This document shows positions 39,691-49,132 of a stretch of 64,000 nucleotides of DNA, piece by piece. The notes beneath the pieces are model-generated. The model was not told the DNA's origin. It did no database searches and was given only the letters and a program-made list of their open reading frames with translations. The position numbers and the translations under genes were made by a program. The DNA lies in the sequence record SRR2962707_2599, one strand, 5' to 3'. Positions within the stretch are counted from its first letter, which is position 1, and each line of letters starts with the position of its first letter.

Positions 39691-42600
39691 ATGGCACATA
39701 ACTCCCCCCATGTTTCCATCGTATTGTCGGATCGGAACTGGATTCTGGAACGCTTAGGAAAAGAGCTACAGATCCGATTGCCCAACATTGAATTGAATGA
39801 CGCGGCAGATCCCACAGCAGACATCAATTATTACATCACCTTCGCCTGTCGCAAACAACCAATGCCCACGCTTGAAATGGGTTGGTTTGCGCATATGGAA
39901 CCTCTGCCCCATCTGACGGAATTATTTTACAACACCGCGCGCGAGATTGACCTGCCGGTGACACACAGCACCCTGTATCGCGACATGCTGCAGGACGCCG
40001 GGATCAAAAACGCCATCGCCATTCCTCCGGGGGTGGACCACGATCGCTTTGAACCAAAGCTGCGTATTGGTGTTGTCGGCCGCGCCTATCATACGGGGCG
40101 CAAGGGCGAAGGACTGGTCTCTCAGCTGATGGATATGCCTGGCATTGACTGGCATTTCACAGGCACGGGTTGGCCAAATCCCGGGCGCTTTATCCCCGAC
40201 GAAGACTTGCCAGATTTCTATCGTTCTATGGATTACATTCTGGTGCCTGCGCTATATGAAGGCGGCCCGATGTGCGTGCCCGAAGCACTGGCCGTGGGGA
40301 CACCTGTGATCTCGTCCGATGTGGGTTGGGTGCGGGAATTCCCGCATATCCCCTTCAAGAACGGCGATGCCGCCGATTTGCGCCGCGTTCTGACCGATCT
40401 GTTGGAAACCAAAAAAGCGCTGCATGCCAGCACCGAAAGTTATACATGGGATTCTTATGCAGAAGCCCACGAAGAGGCCTTTGCAGGTCTGATGAAGAAG
40501 GCAGGCAAGACCAGCCAGATCGGTGCCGCCCCCCGCGCCAAACCGCCGTTTACAGAGCCAGTTCGTCTGCTGTTGCACGGGGATGAGCACAAAAGCTTGG
40601 GTGGCCCGACCATCCGTGTGCCCCGCACTGCAGAGGCGCTGAAAAAGCTCGGCGTTCCCGCCCATGCCGCAGTTGTTGGCAAAACGTCTGAAATTTCCGA
40701 AGATATTGTACATCTGTTCAACGTCTGGAACCCCAACACCGCGTTGGCAGCAATCCACCAGCTGAAAAAAGCGGGTAAGAAAGTCGTGTTCTCACCGATC
40801 TTTCTGGACCTTGGAGAGCGCAGTTTCTGGCACTTCCAATTGCCCACCTTACCTCTGGATGATTTGCCCGCACTGGCCCAAGCCTATGCTCAGGCGAAGG
40901 CCCATCAAAAAGGACGCGGCCGTCTGCCCGAAGCCATTCCGGGGTATAATGCGATGGTGCGTGAAATGCTGGCGATGGCAGATCACGTAATTTTCCTGAG
41001 CAAGGCAGAACGCGCCGCTTTGGAAGAGATCGGTGCAAAGGTCGAGGATGCACGGGCCAGTCTCGTGCACAACCCGGTCGATGCCACATCCTGGCAAACC
41101 GGCGATCCCGATCTGTTCCGCGAGACCTATCTAAAGGACCTGCCGGGCCCCAAAGACTATATCGTCTGTATCGGCCGCATTGAAGAACGCAAGAACCAGC
41201 TGCTGCTGGCCCGTGCGGTACGCGATCTCCCCGTGCGCCTGGTGCTGATTGGCCACGCGGGTAACCCGAAATATTACCAACGCATCCAAGAAGAAGCCGG
41301 TGATCAGGTCCTGATGGTCGGTCGTCTTGATCCGGCCAGCGACATGTTGCGCTCTGCCCTGGCTGGAGCCCGGGCCTTTGTGTTGCCCAGCTGGTCAGAA
41401 GGCGCGTCCTTGGCCGCTCTGGAAGCGGCGGCAACCGGGGCCAATATGGTGCTGAGTGACCGCTCTTCGGAACAGGAATATTTCGGCGATCTGGCCCATT
41501 ACTGTGATCCAGGCGACCCCGAGAACATGCGCGCCGCAATCGAGGCGGCGTTGAGCGTTGAAAACGGCGACGAACGCGCCGAAGCCCTGCGCCAGCTGGT
41601 GGCCCGCGATCACAGCTGGGAACATTACGCCGCCGAGACGGCCAAGGCCTATGCAATCGCGGCCAAAGCCTCGGCACAACCTTTGCCAATGCTTGAACCA
41701 GCCTCAGAGCTGCTGCGCCCGAAAGTGGTATTTGACGTCACCACGCTGGCCAATCACCGTGGCCGCACTACAGGTATCGCACGGGTGGAAAGCCTCTTAT
41801 CTGATGAGCTGAAACTGGTCGATCCCGAGATCCGTTTCGTGTGCTGGAATGACAGCATCAAACGCTTTATCGAAGTGCCGCATAAATTCGCCCGTATGGG
41901 GCAGGCCCTGCGCTATTGTGAGCGGTTCAACAACCAATACGAAACCCCGGCGGTTGAGCTGCCGGAAGACTGCACGATTCTTGTCCCCGGCAGCGCTTGG
42001 ATGCAGAACCGGCGCTATGTGGCCGGGCTTGAAACGCTGAAGACGCGGGCTAATTGCAGCTTGGTCACCTTGATCCATGACCTGATCCCGTTCAAATTTC
42101 CTTTTTGGTTCGACAAGGCCTATGCGCCGGTGTTCCGCGACAACTTCTTTCACTTGGCGCGCATCACCGACCAGTTCATCACCAACTCGCAATGCTGCGC
42201 AGATGATGTGGCAGACACCCTGATTTCCCGCTTTGGGGATGCCCCCAAGATCACGCCGGTGCGTTTCGGAGACCCCGTTCTGGAAAACACCGCCACGGAT
42301 ATTCTACCCGGGTCAATTCAGGAACGGTTTGCCGACAAAAAGTTTGTGCTGGTGGTGGGCGCCATTCATCTACGCAAAAACTATGACATCCTTTATCGGG
42401 TCTGGGCTCGGTTTGCGGATGAAAAGAAACACGGCGATCTGCATCTGGTCGTCGTCGGCGGCGAGGCCTGGAATGGGCAGGCGCTGGCGGAACAGATCCG
42501 CAACGATTCCCGCGTGAACCGTAACATTCACATCCTGAGTGGCATCGAAGACGATACGCTGGGCTGGCTTTACCAAAACTGCGCCTTTACCGCTTTCCCG

Positions 42601-43818
42601 TCGCATTACGAAGGCTGGGGTTTGCCGGTGGCCGAAAGCCTGCTGCATGGCAAGCTGTGCTTGGCGACAAATGCCAGCTCAGTCCCTGAAATCGCCCCGG
42701 AATTTGTTGAACATATCGACCCCGAAGATTTCAGTACCTGGGCCAACAAGATTTCCTTCTATGCGGGCAGCCCTGCCGCCCGTGCCGCCCGCGAAGCCGA
42801 CATTAGAGACGGGTATAAATCCACGACATGGGCTCAGACGGCACAAAATCTGGTTGATATTCTGCGCCAGCCCCGTGCTCAGCGCAGCCCGCACATGCTG
42901 TATTCCGGCGAGATCATCAACACCAAGCTCACCGCGCTGCCGCTGGCCGTGATTTATGGCAAAGGCTGGCACCCACCCGAAAGCTGGGGCCGGTGGGCCA
43001 AGCAGGAAACCGTTTCGATCTCTGTGCGCGCTGACGGCTGTGCCCGGCCCGGAATTGACCATCTGACCTTGCTGCTCAAAATCAACGCCTTTTTGCCAAG
43101 CCCGTATTCGCAGCGCTTTACCATCACACTGGGGCAAGCGGTGCTGTTTGACGCGGATGTACGTGCGCATACCTTCCCCAAGGAATTGCTGTTGTCTGTG
43201 CCAACGTCAGCCATTGACGAAAACGGAATGATCACCCTGCAGATGTCCTTGCCCATCTCACCCGAAAAGCCAAAAGGCGGCTTTTCGGAGCGCAACATGG
43301 GGGTAGGTATCTCGGCCCTGTCGCTGATGGACCCAGTCTTGTCCAATCCACTGCAATCGCTTTCTGAAACGTCACATTGGGTCAACGGCAACACCCCAGT
43401 GCATTTCGATCTGTCGCGCCAGTCACACCGCGACATCATCTGCGCCAAACAATCTTATTCCGAAGCCTGGGGCACCGGCTCCAGAACAGGCCGTATTGCT
43501 GTGTTTGTGCCCATTCTGCCCGGCGCTCCGGCTCAAGATCTCGCTCTGTGGGTCCGTCCTATTGCCACAACAGACGACCCAGTCACAGCAACTCTGCGTT
43601 GGAATGGCCGTGTCCTGGGACACTATACCTGGGACAGCGACATGCCCACAAAGATCACTGTGGCCTTGACCTCAGAAGATCTGGCCCGCTGCAGCCCCAA
43701 TGCCCTAGAGCTGGAAGCCGAGTCCCTGATGAGGCCGGTCGATCTGGATTTGGGTCCAACAGAAATTCTTGCAGGGGCCGGCTTAACGGACCTTCTTTTG
43801 ACCCCACGGGAGGCATAA
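39691..43818 (+). CDS. Multidomain glycosyltransferase (three GT4 domains plus C-terminal modules), 1375 aa
   Basis: Three Ex7E motifs: YEGGPMCVPEALAVG, SEGASLAALEAAATG, YEGWGLPVAESLLHG. Confidence 0.9.
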   Translation: MAHNSPHVSIVLSDRNWILERLGKELQIRLPNIELNDAADPTADINYYITFACRKQPMPTLEMGWFAHMEPLPHLTELFYNTAREIDLPVTHSTLYRDMLQDAGIKNAIAIPPGVDHDRFEPKLRIGVVGRAYHTGRKGEGLVSQLMDMPGIDWHFTGTGWPNPGRFIPDEDLPDFYRSMDYILVPALYEGGPMCVPEALAVGTPVISSDVGWVREFPHIPFKNGDAADLRRVLTDLLETKKALHASTESYTWDSYAEAHEEAFAGLMKKAGKTSQIGAAPRAKPPFTEPVRLLLHGDEHKSLGGPTIRVPRTAEALKKLGVPAHAAVVGKTSEISEDIVHLFNVWNPNTALAAIHQLKKAGKKVVFSPIFLDLGERSFWHFQLPTLPLDDLPALAQAYAQAKAHQKGRGRLPEAIPGYNAMVREMLAMADHVIFLSKAERAALEEIGAKVEDARASLVHNPVDATSWQTGDPDLFRETYLKDLPGPKDYIVCIGRIEERKNQLLLARAVRDLPVRLVLIGHAGNPKYYQRIQEEAGDQVLMVGRLDPASDMLRSALAGARAFVLPSWSEGASLAALEAAATGANMVLSDRSSEQEYFGDLAHYCDPGDPENMRAAIEAALSVENGDERAEALRQLVARDHSWEHYAAETAKAYAIAAKASAQPLPMLEPASELLRPKVVFDVTTLANHRGRTTGIARVESLLSDELKLVDPEIRFVCWNDSIKRFIEVPHKFARMGQALRYCERFNNQYETPAVELPEDCTILVPGSAWMQNRRYVAGLETLKTRANCSLVTLIHDLIPFKFPFWFDKAYAPVFRDNFFHLARITDQFITNSQCCADDVADTLISRFGDAPKITPVRFGDPVLENTATDILPGSIQERFADKKFVLVVGAIHLRKNYDILYRVWARFADEKKHGDLHLVVVGGEAWNGQALAEQIRNDSRVNRNIHILSGIEDDTLGWLYQNCAFTAFPSHYEGWGLPVAESLLHGKLCLATNASSVPEIAPEFVEHIDPEDFSTWANKISFYAGSPAARAAREADIRDGYKSTTWAQTAQNLVDILRQPRAQRSPHMLYSGEIINTKLTALPLAVIYGKGWHPPESWGRWAKQETVSISVRADGCARPGIDHLTLLLKINAFLPSPYSQRFTITLGQAVLFDADVRAHTFPKELLLSVPTSAIDENGMITLQMSLPISPEKPKGGFSERNMGVGISALSLMDPVLSNPLQSLSETSHWVNGNTPVHFDLSRQSHRDIICAKQSYSEAWGTGSRTGRIAVFVPILPGAPAQDLALWVRPIATTDDPVTATLRWNGRVLGHYTWDSDMPTKITVALTSEDLARCSPNALELEAESLMRPVDLDLGPTEILAGAGLTDLLLTPREA

Positions 43819-43821
43819 GTT

Positions 43822-44712
43822 ATGACTGTTGCAGACAAAAGCATGTTTGATGCCCCTCTGGGACGCCCGCCCTTGCTGCCTGGGCTGCGAATGGGAATGA
43901 ACTGGCACTTTAATTCTAAGCCGATCTGGTCAAATGGCCCTCACAGCTATCTGAATTTCAGCCGGGCCAGTTTTCCAACCCCCAAGGGCATCGCCCTGAA
44001 TCTGAGTGTGTTCAACGCCGCTCCGGAGGCCCCCAAAGAGCTGCGCATCGAAAGCCCCGGCCATGCGCCTGTGAGCTATCTGATCACCACAAACGAGGTC
44101 TGTAGTGTGCGTGTCGACAGCCCCGTGCATGCTGATGATGCTCTGGGCACCGACATTACGCTTATTCTGGAAGATATCGACAGCCCTGCAAAAATAGGCT
44201 TGTCGCCGGATGACCGGCTTCTGGGGTTGTCGATTGCCTCGGCCACGCTCTTGGACAGCCTGCTCGCGCTGCCGCTGAGCTTTGGAGAAGAGGCAACCTG
44301 TCAAGCATTGCTTGGAGACGGATGGGCCGCCCCGGATATCGACATGGGTGTTTGGACGGTGGGCCCCGCCGCCACACTGACCTTGCCCGGATATCTGTGC
44401 ACGGTCCCTACGACCAAACTGGCCTTTGATTTGATGGCTCTTCCTCGCCCCGAAGATATGCCGCCTCTGGCCGTTTCGGTCACCCGCAATGGCAAGGTTT
44501 TGGTCCGCTGGGAGTTTGAGCAAGATGCCCAAGGGCCATGGTATTGCCCCCTTGGCACGTGGCAGCCCGGCTCAGATTTGGAATTGGGCTTTATTATTGA
44601 GAATGCACAATCACCCCAAAGCCTTGATATTAATACAGATCCTCGCCCTCTTGGAATTCAGCTGCAGCAATTGCATATGGTCAACGCCTCAATACAGAAT
44701 GAATCTGAATAA
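43822..44712 (+). CDS. Hypothetical protein made of two Trp-containing beta-sandwich-like modules
   Basis: Two repeats W...W(S/T)xG...SP...D.R.LG(L/I); same module as at the C-termini of the two preceding GTs. Confidence 0.7.
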   Translation: MTVADKSMFDAPLGRPPLLPGLRMGMNWHFNSKPIWSNGPHSYLNFSRASFPTPKGIALNLSVFNAAPEAPKELRIESPGHAPVSYLITTNEVCSVRVDSPVHADDALGTDITLILEDIDSPAKIGLSPDDRLLGLSIASATLLDSLLALPLSFGEEATCQALLGDGWAAPDIDMGVWTVGPAATLTLPGYLCTVPTTKLAFDLMALPRPEDMPPLAVSVTRNGKVLVRWEFEQDAQGPWYCPLGTWQPGSDLELGFIIENAQSPQSLDINTDPRPLGIQLQQLHMVNASIQNESE

Positions 44713-44839
44713 AGACTGGAAGAGAATTATTATCTGGAACTCTAGGGGCTTTGTCAGCTACATAAACGAGACAAAAGTGATGTTGCGAGAGGACCACCTT
44801 GCATAAGTTGCCCCAAGAACGCGTAAGTCGGAAAGCCGA

Positions 44840-45439
44840 ATGACCAAGCAAATCCCCACCATCGCAATTTCAGGCGATGGACAAATTTCGATCGCGTCCG
44901 TGAGCTATGGGCATATCAAGGGCTTTTGCCGCGACACCAGCGTGATTGAGATTGGGGAATGTCGACAGATCACTGCAAGCCTGTGCGCTTGGAATGATGG
45001 TGAAATCCGGATTGGCGACAAGACTTCGATCAATGGGGCCCAGGTTTTTGCGCAAGCGAGCAAGATCCGAATTGGGAAAGATTGCATGCTCAGTGATGGC
45101 ATCACCATCATGGGTTCTGATCAGCATGTGTTGGTCGAACTTGAGACCATGAGCGCGATTAACCTTGATAAGCGCGATGTGACAATTGAAGACCATGTCT
45201 GGGTCGGACGCGGCAGTACCATTTTACCCGGGATCACGATTGGCCATGGGGCCGTGATTGGTGCCGGCTCGGTTGTGACACGCTCTGTCCCGCCGCAATC
45301 CGCGGTTGCCGGCAACCCGGCACGACTGATCCGCAGCAACATCTCCTGGTCACGCGACTCGTCCCGCGTGGGCGGAGATTTAGGAGAATACCTGGCCTCT
45401 TTGCCTTCGGATGCTCCGCCTGCGCCCACAAGTGATTAA
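44840..45439 (+). CDS. Hexapeptide-repeat (LbH) O-acetyltransferase
   Basis: VTIEDHVWVG...ILPGITIGHGAVIGAGSVVTR..P....AGNPAR. Confidence 0.88.
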   Translation: MTKQIPTIAISGDGQISIASVSYGHIKGFCRDTSVIEIGECRQITASLCAWNDGEIRIGDKTSINGAQVFAQASKIRIGKDCMLSDGITIMGSDQHVLVELETMSAINLDKRDVTIEDHVWVGRGSTILPGITIGHGAVIGAGSVVTRSVPPQSAVAGNPARLIRSNISWSRDSSRVGGDLGEYLASLPSDAPPAPTSD

Positions 45440-45578
45440 AAAATAGGCGACCCTTTCACCAAGAGCCGTGCGCGATGGTCTCACCGCGTTGCATCAGCGA
45501 CATTTAGCAGGACCTGCCGATTTACAAACAACAAGCCCTCGCGTATCCCCCATTCCTGTTAGAATTAAGGATATTGAT

Positions 45579-46583
45579 ATGGCAAAAGCGCTTGTTACCG
45601 GAGCCGCTGGTTTCATCGGATTTCACGTAAGCCAACGTCTGATTGCAGACGGCTATGACGTGGTCGGTCTTGATGCCATGACCGATTACTATGAGGTCGC
45701 CCTAAAAGAAGCCCGACTGGACAAAATCGCCGGACCCAAGTTCACCTTTGTCAAAGGCAAGGTCGAAGACCCCGGCCTTTTGATGGCACTGTTTGAAGAA
45801 CATAAATTCGATCTGGTGGTACATTTGGCCGCTCAGGCCGGTGTGCGCTATTCGATCGAACAACCCCGCGCCTATCTCGACAGCAACATCACCGGTACTT
45901 TTGAATTGCTCGAAGCCGCCCGGGCCCATCCGCCGCGCCATATGATGCTGGCCTCGACGTCATCGGCTTATGGGGCCAACACCGAAATGCCCTATCGCGA
46001 AACCATGCGTGCTGATCACCAGATGTCGTTCTATGCAGCGACCAAAAAAGCGACCGAAGCGATGGCGCATTCCTATGCGCATTTGTTTAACCTGCCGATC
46101 ACCATGTTCCGCTTCTTTACCGTTTATGGTCCCTGGGGTCGCCCGGATATGGCCTTGTTCAAATTCACCAAGGCCATCCTGAACGGCGATCCAATCGACG
46201 TTTACAACAACGGCGACATGAAGCGTGACTTCACCTATGTGGATGATCTGGTCGAAGCCCTGTGCCGCTTGGGCGCAACAGCCCCTGAAATGGGCGGGAC
46301 ACCGGCGTGCGACGCCGACAGCCTATCCCCCGTTGCACCATGGCGTGTGGTCAACCTGGGCAATTCCCAGCCCGTACAGCTGACGGATTTCATCACCGCG
46401 ATCGAGACAGCCACAGGCCTGCCCGCAGAACGCAACCTGATGCCCATGCAGCCCGGTGACGTGCCTGCAACCTGGGCAGATGCCACGCTGGTCACCGCAC
46501 TGGCAGGTAAAATGCCTCATACGGATGTGGGAGAAGGCGTGCGACGCTTTGTTGACTGGTATCGCAGCTACTACAGCCTCTGA
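45579..46583 (+). CDS. NAD-dependent epimerase (UDP-glucuronate 4-epimerase-like)
   Basis: TGAAGFIG, HLAAQAGVRYS, YAATKK, RFFTVYGPWGRPDMALFKF; start at ATG 45579 after AAGGA. Confidence 0.9.
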   Translation: MAKALVTGAAGFIGFHVSQRLIADGYDVVGLDAMTDYYEVALKEARLDKIAGPKFTFVKGKVEDPGLLMALFEEHKFDLVVHLAAQAGVRYSIEQPRAYLDSNITGTFELLEAARAHPPRHMMLASTSSAYGANTEMPYRETMRADHQMSFYAATKKATEAMAHSYAHLFNLPITMFRFFTVYGPWGRPDMALFKFTKAILNGDPIDVYNNGDMKRDFTYVDDLVEALCRLGATAPEMGGTPACDADSLSPVAPWRVVNLGNSQPVQLTDFITAIETATGLPAERNLMPMQPGDVPATWADATLVTALAGKMPHTDVGEGVRRFVDWYRSYYSL

Positions 46584-46630
46584 ACACAACTCTGCGACAT
46601 CAGAACTCCTTAACTCAAGATGGATAAGTC

Positions 46631-47806
46631 ATGAAAAAGCACACAATCGCGGTTGCAGGTATCGGATATGTGGGGCTGTCCAATGCGGTCCTACTGGCAC
46701 AGCACAATGACGTGCGGGCCGTTGATCTGGACGCGAGCCGCGTTGATATGGTCAACAATCGTCAATGCCCTATCGTTGACGCCGAACTAGAAGAATATCT
46801 CGCCGAAAAGCCCCTGAACCTGACCGCGACAACCGACGCGGAAGCCGCCTTTCGTGGGGCAGATTTCATCATTGTCGCCACGCCAACCAACTATGACCCC
46901 GACACCAACTTCTTTGACACCTCCAGCGTCGAAGCGGTGATGAAACTGGCAATTGCCGTCAATCCGGACGCCACAATTGTTGTCAAATCAACGATCCCTG
47001 TGGGCTACACCCAATCAATCTGCGCCGAGCTGGACACCAAACAAATCATTTTCAGCCCAGAGTTCCTGCGGGAAGGCCGCGCCCTTTATGACAACCTGCA
47101 CCCCTCGCGCATTGTTGTTGGCGAAGTCTCTGAGCGCGCACGGACCTTTGCCGCTCTGCTTGCCCAAGGTGCCGAAGACGACGACGTGCCGACGCTCTTC
47201 ACCGATGCCTCAGAGGCAGAGGCCATCAAACTGTTTGCCAATACCTATCTTGCGATGCGCGTGGCCTATTTCAACGAGCTGGACAGCTATGCCATGCGCT
47301 TTGGTCTGGAATCGCGCCAGATCATCGACGGCATCGGGTTGGACCCGCGCATTGGCGCCCATTACAACAACCCGTCTTTCGGCTATGGTGGCTACTGCCT
47401 GCCCAAAGACAGTAAACAACTCTTGGCCAATTATTCGGACGTGCCGCAAAACATGATCCGCGCCATTGTGGATGCCAACCGCACCCGCAAGGATTTTCTG
47501 GCAGACCAGATCATCGCAAGAAACCCCACCGTTGTGGGCGTGCACCGTCTGGTGATGAAAGCCGGGTCTGACAATTTCCGTCAAAGCTCGATCCAGGGCA
47601 TCATGAAACGCATCAAGGCCAAGGGCATCGAGGTCGTAATTTACGAACCCGCCATGAGCGAAGACAGCTTTTTTGGCTCTCGCGTGATCCGCGATCTGGA
47701 AACATTCAAAGCCACGTCAGACGTGATTGTCGCCAACCGGCACTCCGACGAACTGGACAATGTCGCAGATAAAATATTTACCCGTGATTTGTTCGGTAAC
47801 AACTAA
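46631..47806 (+). CDS. ugd: UDP-glucose 6-dehydrogenase
   Basis: [32 protein letters not shown]. Confidence 0.95.
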   Translation: MKKHTIAVAGIGYVGLSNAVLLAQHNDVRAVDLDASRVDMVNNRQCPIVDAELEEYLAEKPLNLTATTDAEAAFRGADFIIVATPTNYDPDTNFFDTSSVEAVMKLAIAVNPDATIVVKSTIPVGYTQSICAELDTKQIIFSPEFLREGRALYDNLHPSRIVVGEVSERARTFAALLAQGAEDDDVPTLFTDASEAEAIKLFANTYLAMRVAYFNELDSYAMRFGLESRQIIDGIGLDPRIGAHYNNPSFGYGGYCLPKDSKQLLANYSDVPQNMIRAIVDANRTRKDFLADQIIARNPTVVGVHRLVMKAGSDNFRQSSIQGIMKRIKAKGIEVVIYEPAMSEDSFFGSRVIRDLETFKATSDVIVANRHSDELDNVADKIFTRDLFGNN

Positions 47807-48080
47807 GAGCGTGTTTCAAACAGATGGCTCTTTTAGCTTCGCACTTAACAAGGTGGCCCCCTTCAGACCTGACCTGGGTCGAAGCGGGGAGGCCCTCTTG
47901 CTCTGAGCCGATCCAAAAACCAGACATTCTGGCGGGCCTTTTTGCCCCGCCACAGCCCCCAAAAGACGCCGTATTACACTGGCCAACCGGTGCCACAGCG
48001 CCGGTCAAACGCGATAACATCGTTGTGTTTAAACACCCTTCAAAGTAGTTAGCGAATAGAATAAAAAAGGCGGAATATCC

Positions 48081-49094
48081 ATGAAAAAGGCATTTATCAC
48101 TGGCATTACAGGCCAAGACGGCGCCTATCTTGCTAAGCTGTTACTAGACAAGGGCTATGAGGTTCACGGCGGTGTTCGCCGTATCTCTCAGCCTGAAACC
48201 ACGCGCCTTGATTTGCTGGGCGTTTCTGACAAGGTTCACCTGCACGAATTCGACCTGACCGAGATGAACAACATCTTCCGGGTTTTGCGCGACGTCAAAG
48301 TCGACGAGTTCTACAATCTGGCCGCTCAAAGCTTTGTTGGCGCCTCATGGGAACTGCCAATTTACACTGCCGACGTGGATGGCATGGCGGTTGTCCGCAT
48401 TCTGGACACACTGCGCACCCTAAGCCCGGAGACCCGGTTTTATCAGGCGTCGACCTCGGAAATGTTCGGTCTGGTGCAAGAAGTGCCCCAAAGCGAAACC
48501 ACCCGCCTATACCCGCGTTCGCCCTATGGCGTTGCCAAGGTCTATGGCCACTACATCACCATGAACTACCGCGAGAGCTTTGGCATGCACGCCAGCTCGG
48601 GCATCCTCTTCAACCACGAGAGCCCCTTGCGCGGCAAAGAATTCGTAACCCGCAAAATCACGCTGGCGCTGGCCAAGCTGGCCAAGGGCGGCTCTGAGGC
48701 GGTTCAGCTGGGCAATATGGACGCGCAGCGCGACTGGGGCTTTGCAGGCGACTATGTCGAAGGCATGTGGCGTATGCTGCAGCAGGACGAGGCCGACGAT
48801 TACGTTCTGGCCACCGGCACCACCACACCGATCCGGGACTTTGTGACCTTTGCAGCTGAAGCTTTGGGCATGGATCTGGCCTGGGAAGGCGAAGGCGTGA
48901 ATGAAACCGCGACCGACACCAAGACCGGCAAACGCATCGTTGAAATCAACGAGAAATTCTTCCGCCCTGCCGAAGTTGATCTGTTGATCGGCGATCCCAC
49001 GAAAGCCAAAGAAAAGCTGGGCTGGGAACCAAAAGTCGATGTACGCCAGCTGGCCATCATGATGGCTCAGTCTGACTACGACACATTGTCCTAA
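48081..49094 (+). CDS. gmd: GDP-mannose 4,6-dehydratase
   Basis: ITGITGQDGAYL, YQASTSEMFG, PRSPYGVAK, ILFNHESPLRG. Confidence 0.96.
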   Translation: MKKAFITGITGQDGAYLAKLLLDKGYEVHGGVRRISQPETTRLDLLGVSDKVHLHEFDLTEMNNIFRVLRDVKVDEFYNLAAQSFVGASWELPIYTADVDGMAVVRILDTLRTLSPETRFYQASTSEMFGLVQEVPQSETTRLYPRSPYGVAKVYGHYITMNYRESFGMHASSGILFNHESPLRGKEFVTRKITLALAKLAKGGSEAVQLGNMDAQRDWGFAGDYVEGMWRMLQQDEADDYVLATGTTTPIRDFVTFAAEALGMDLAWEGEGVNETATDTKTGKRIVEINEKFFRPAEVDLLIGDPTKAKEKLGWEPKVDVRQLAIMMAQSDYDTLS

Positions 49095-49132
49095 GCGCTT
49101 CGGCACCCCTTAAAGAAGAACAGGTAACGGAT

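Noticed and set aside
47824-48048. 74-aa ORF between ugd and gmd
   Set aside because: No clear RBS or motif; the region more likely holds a hairpin after ugd and the gmd promoter.
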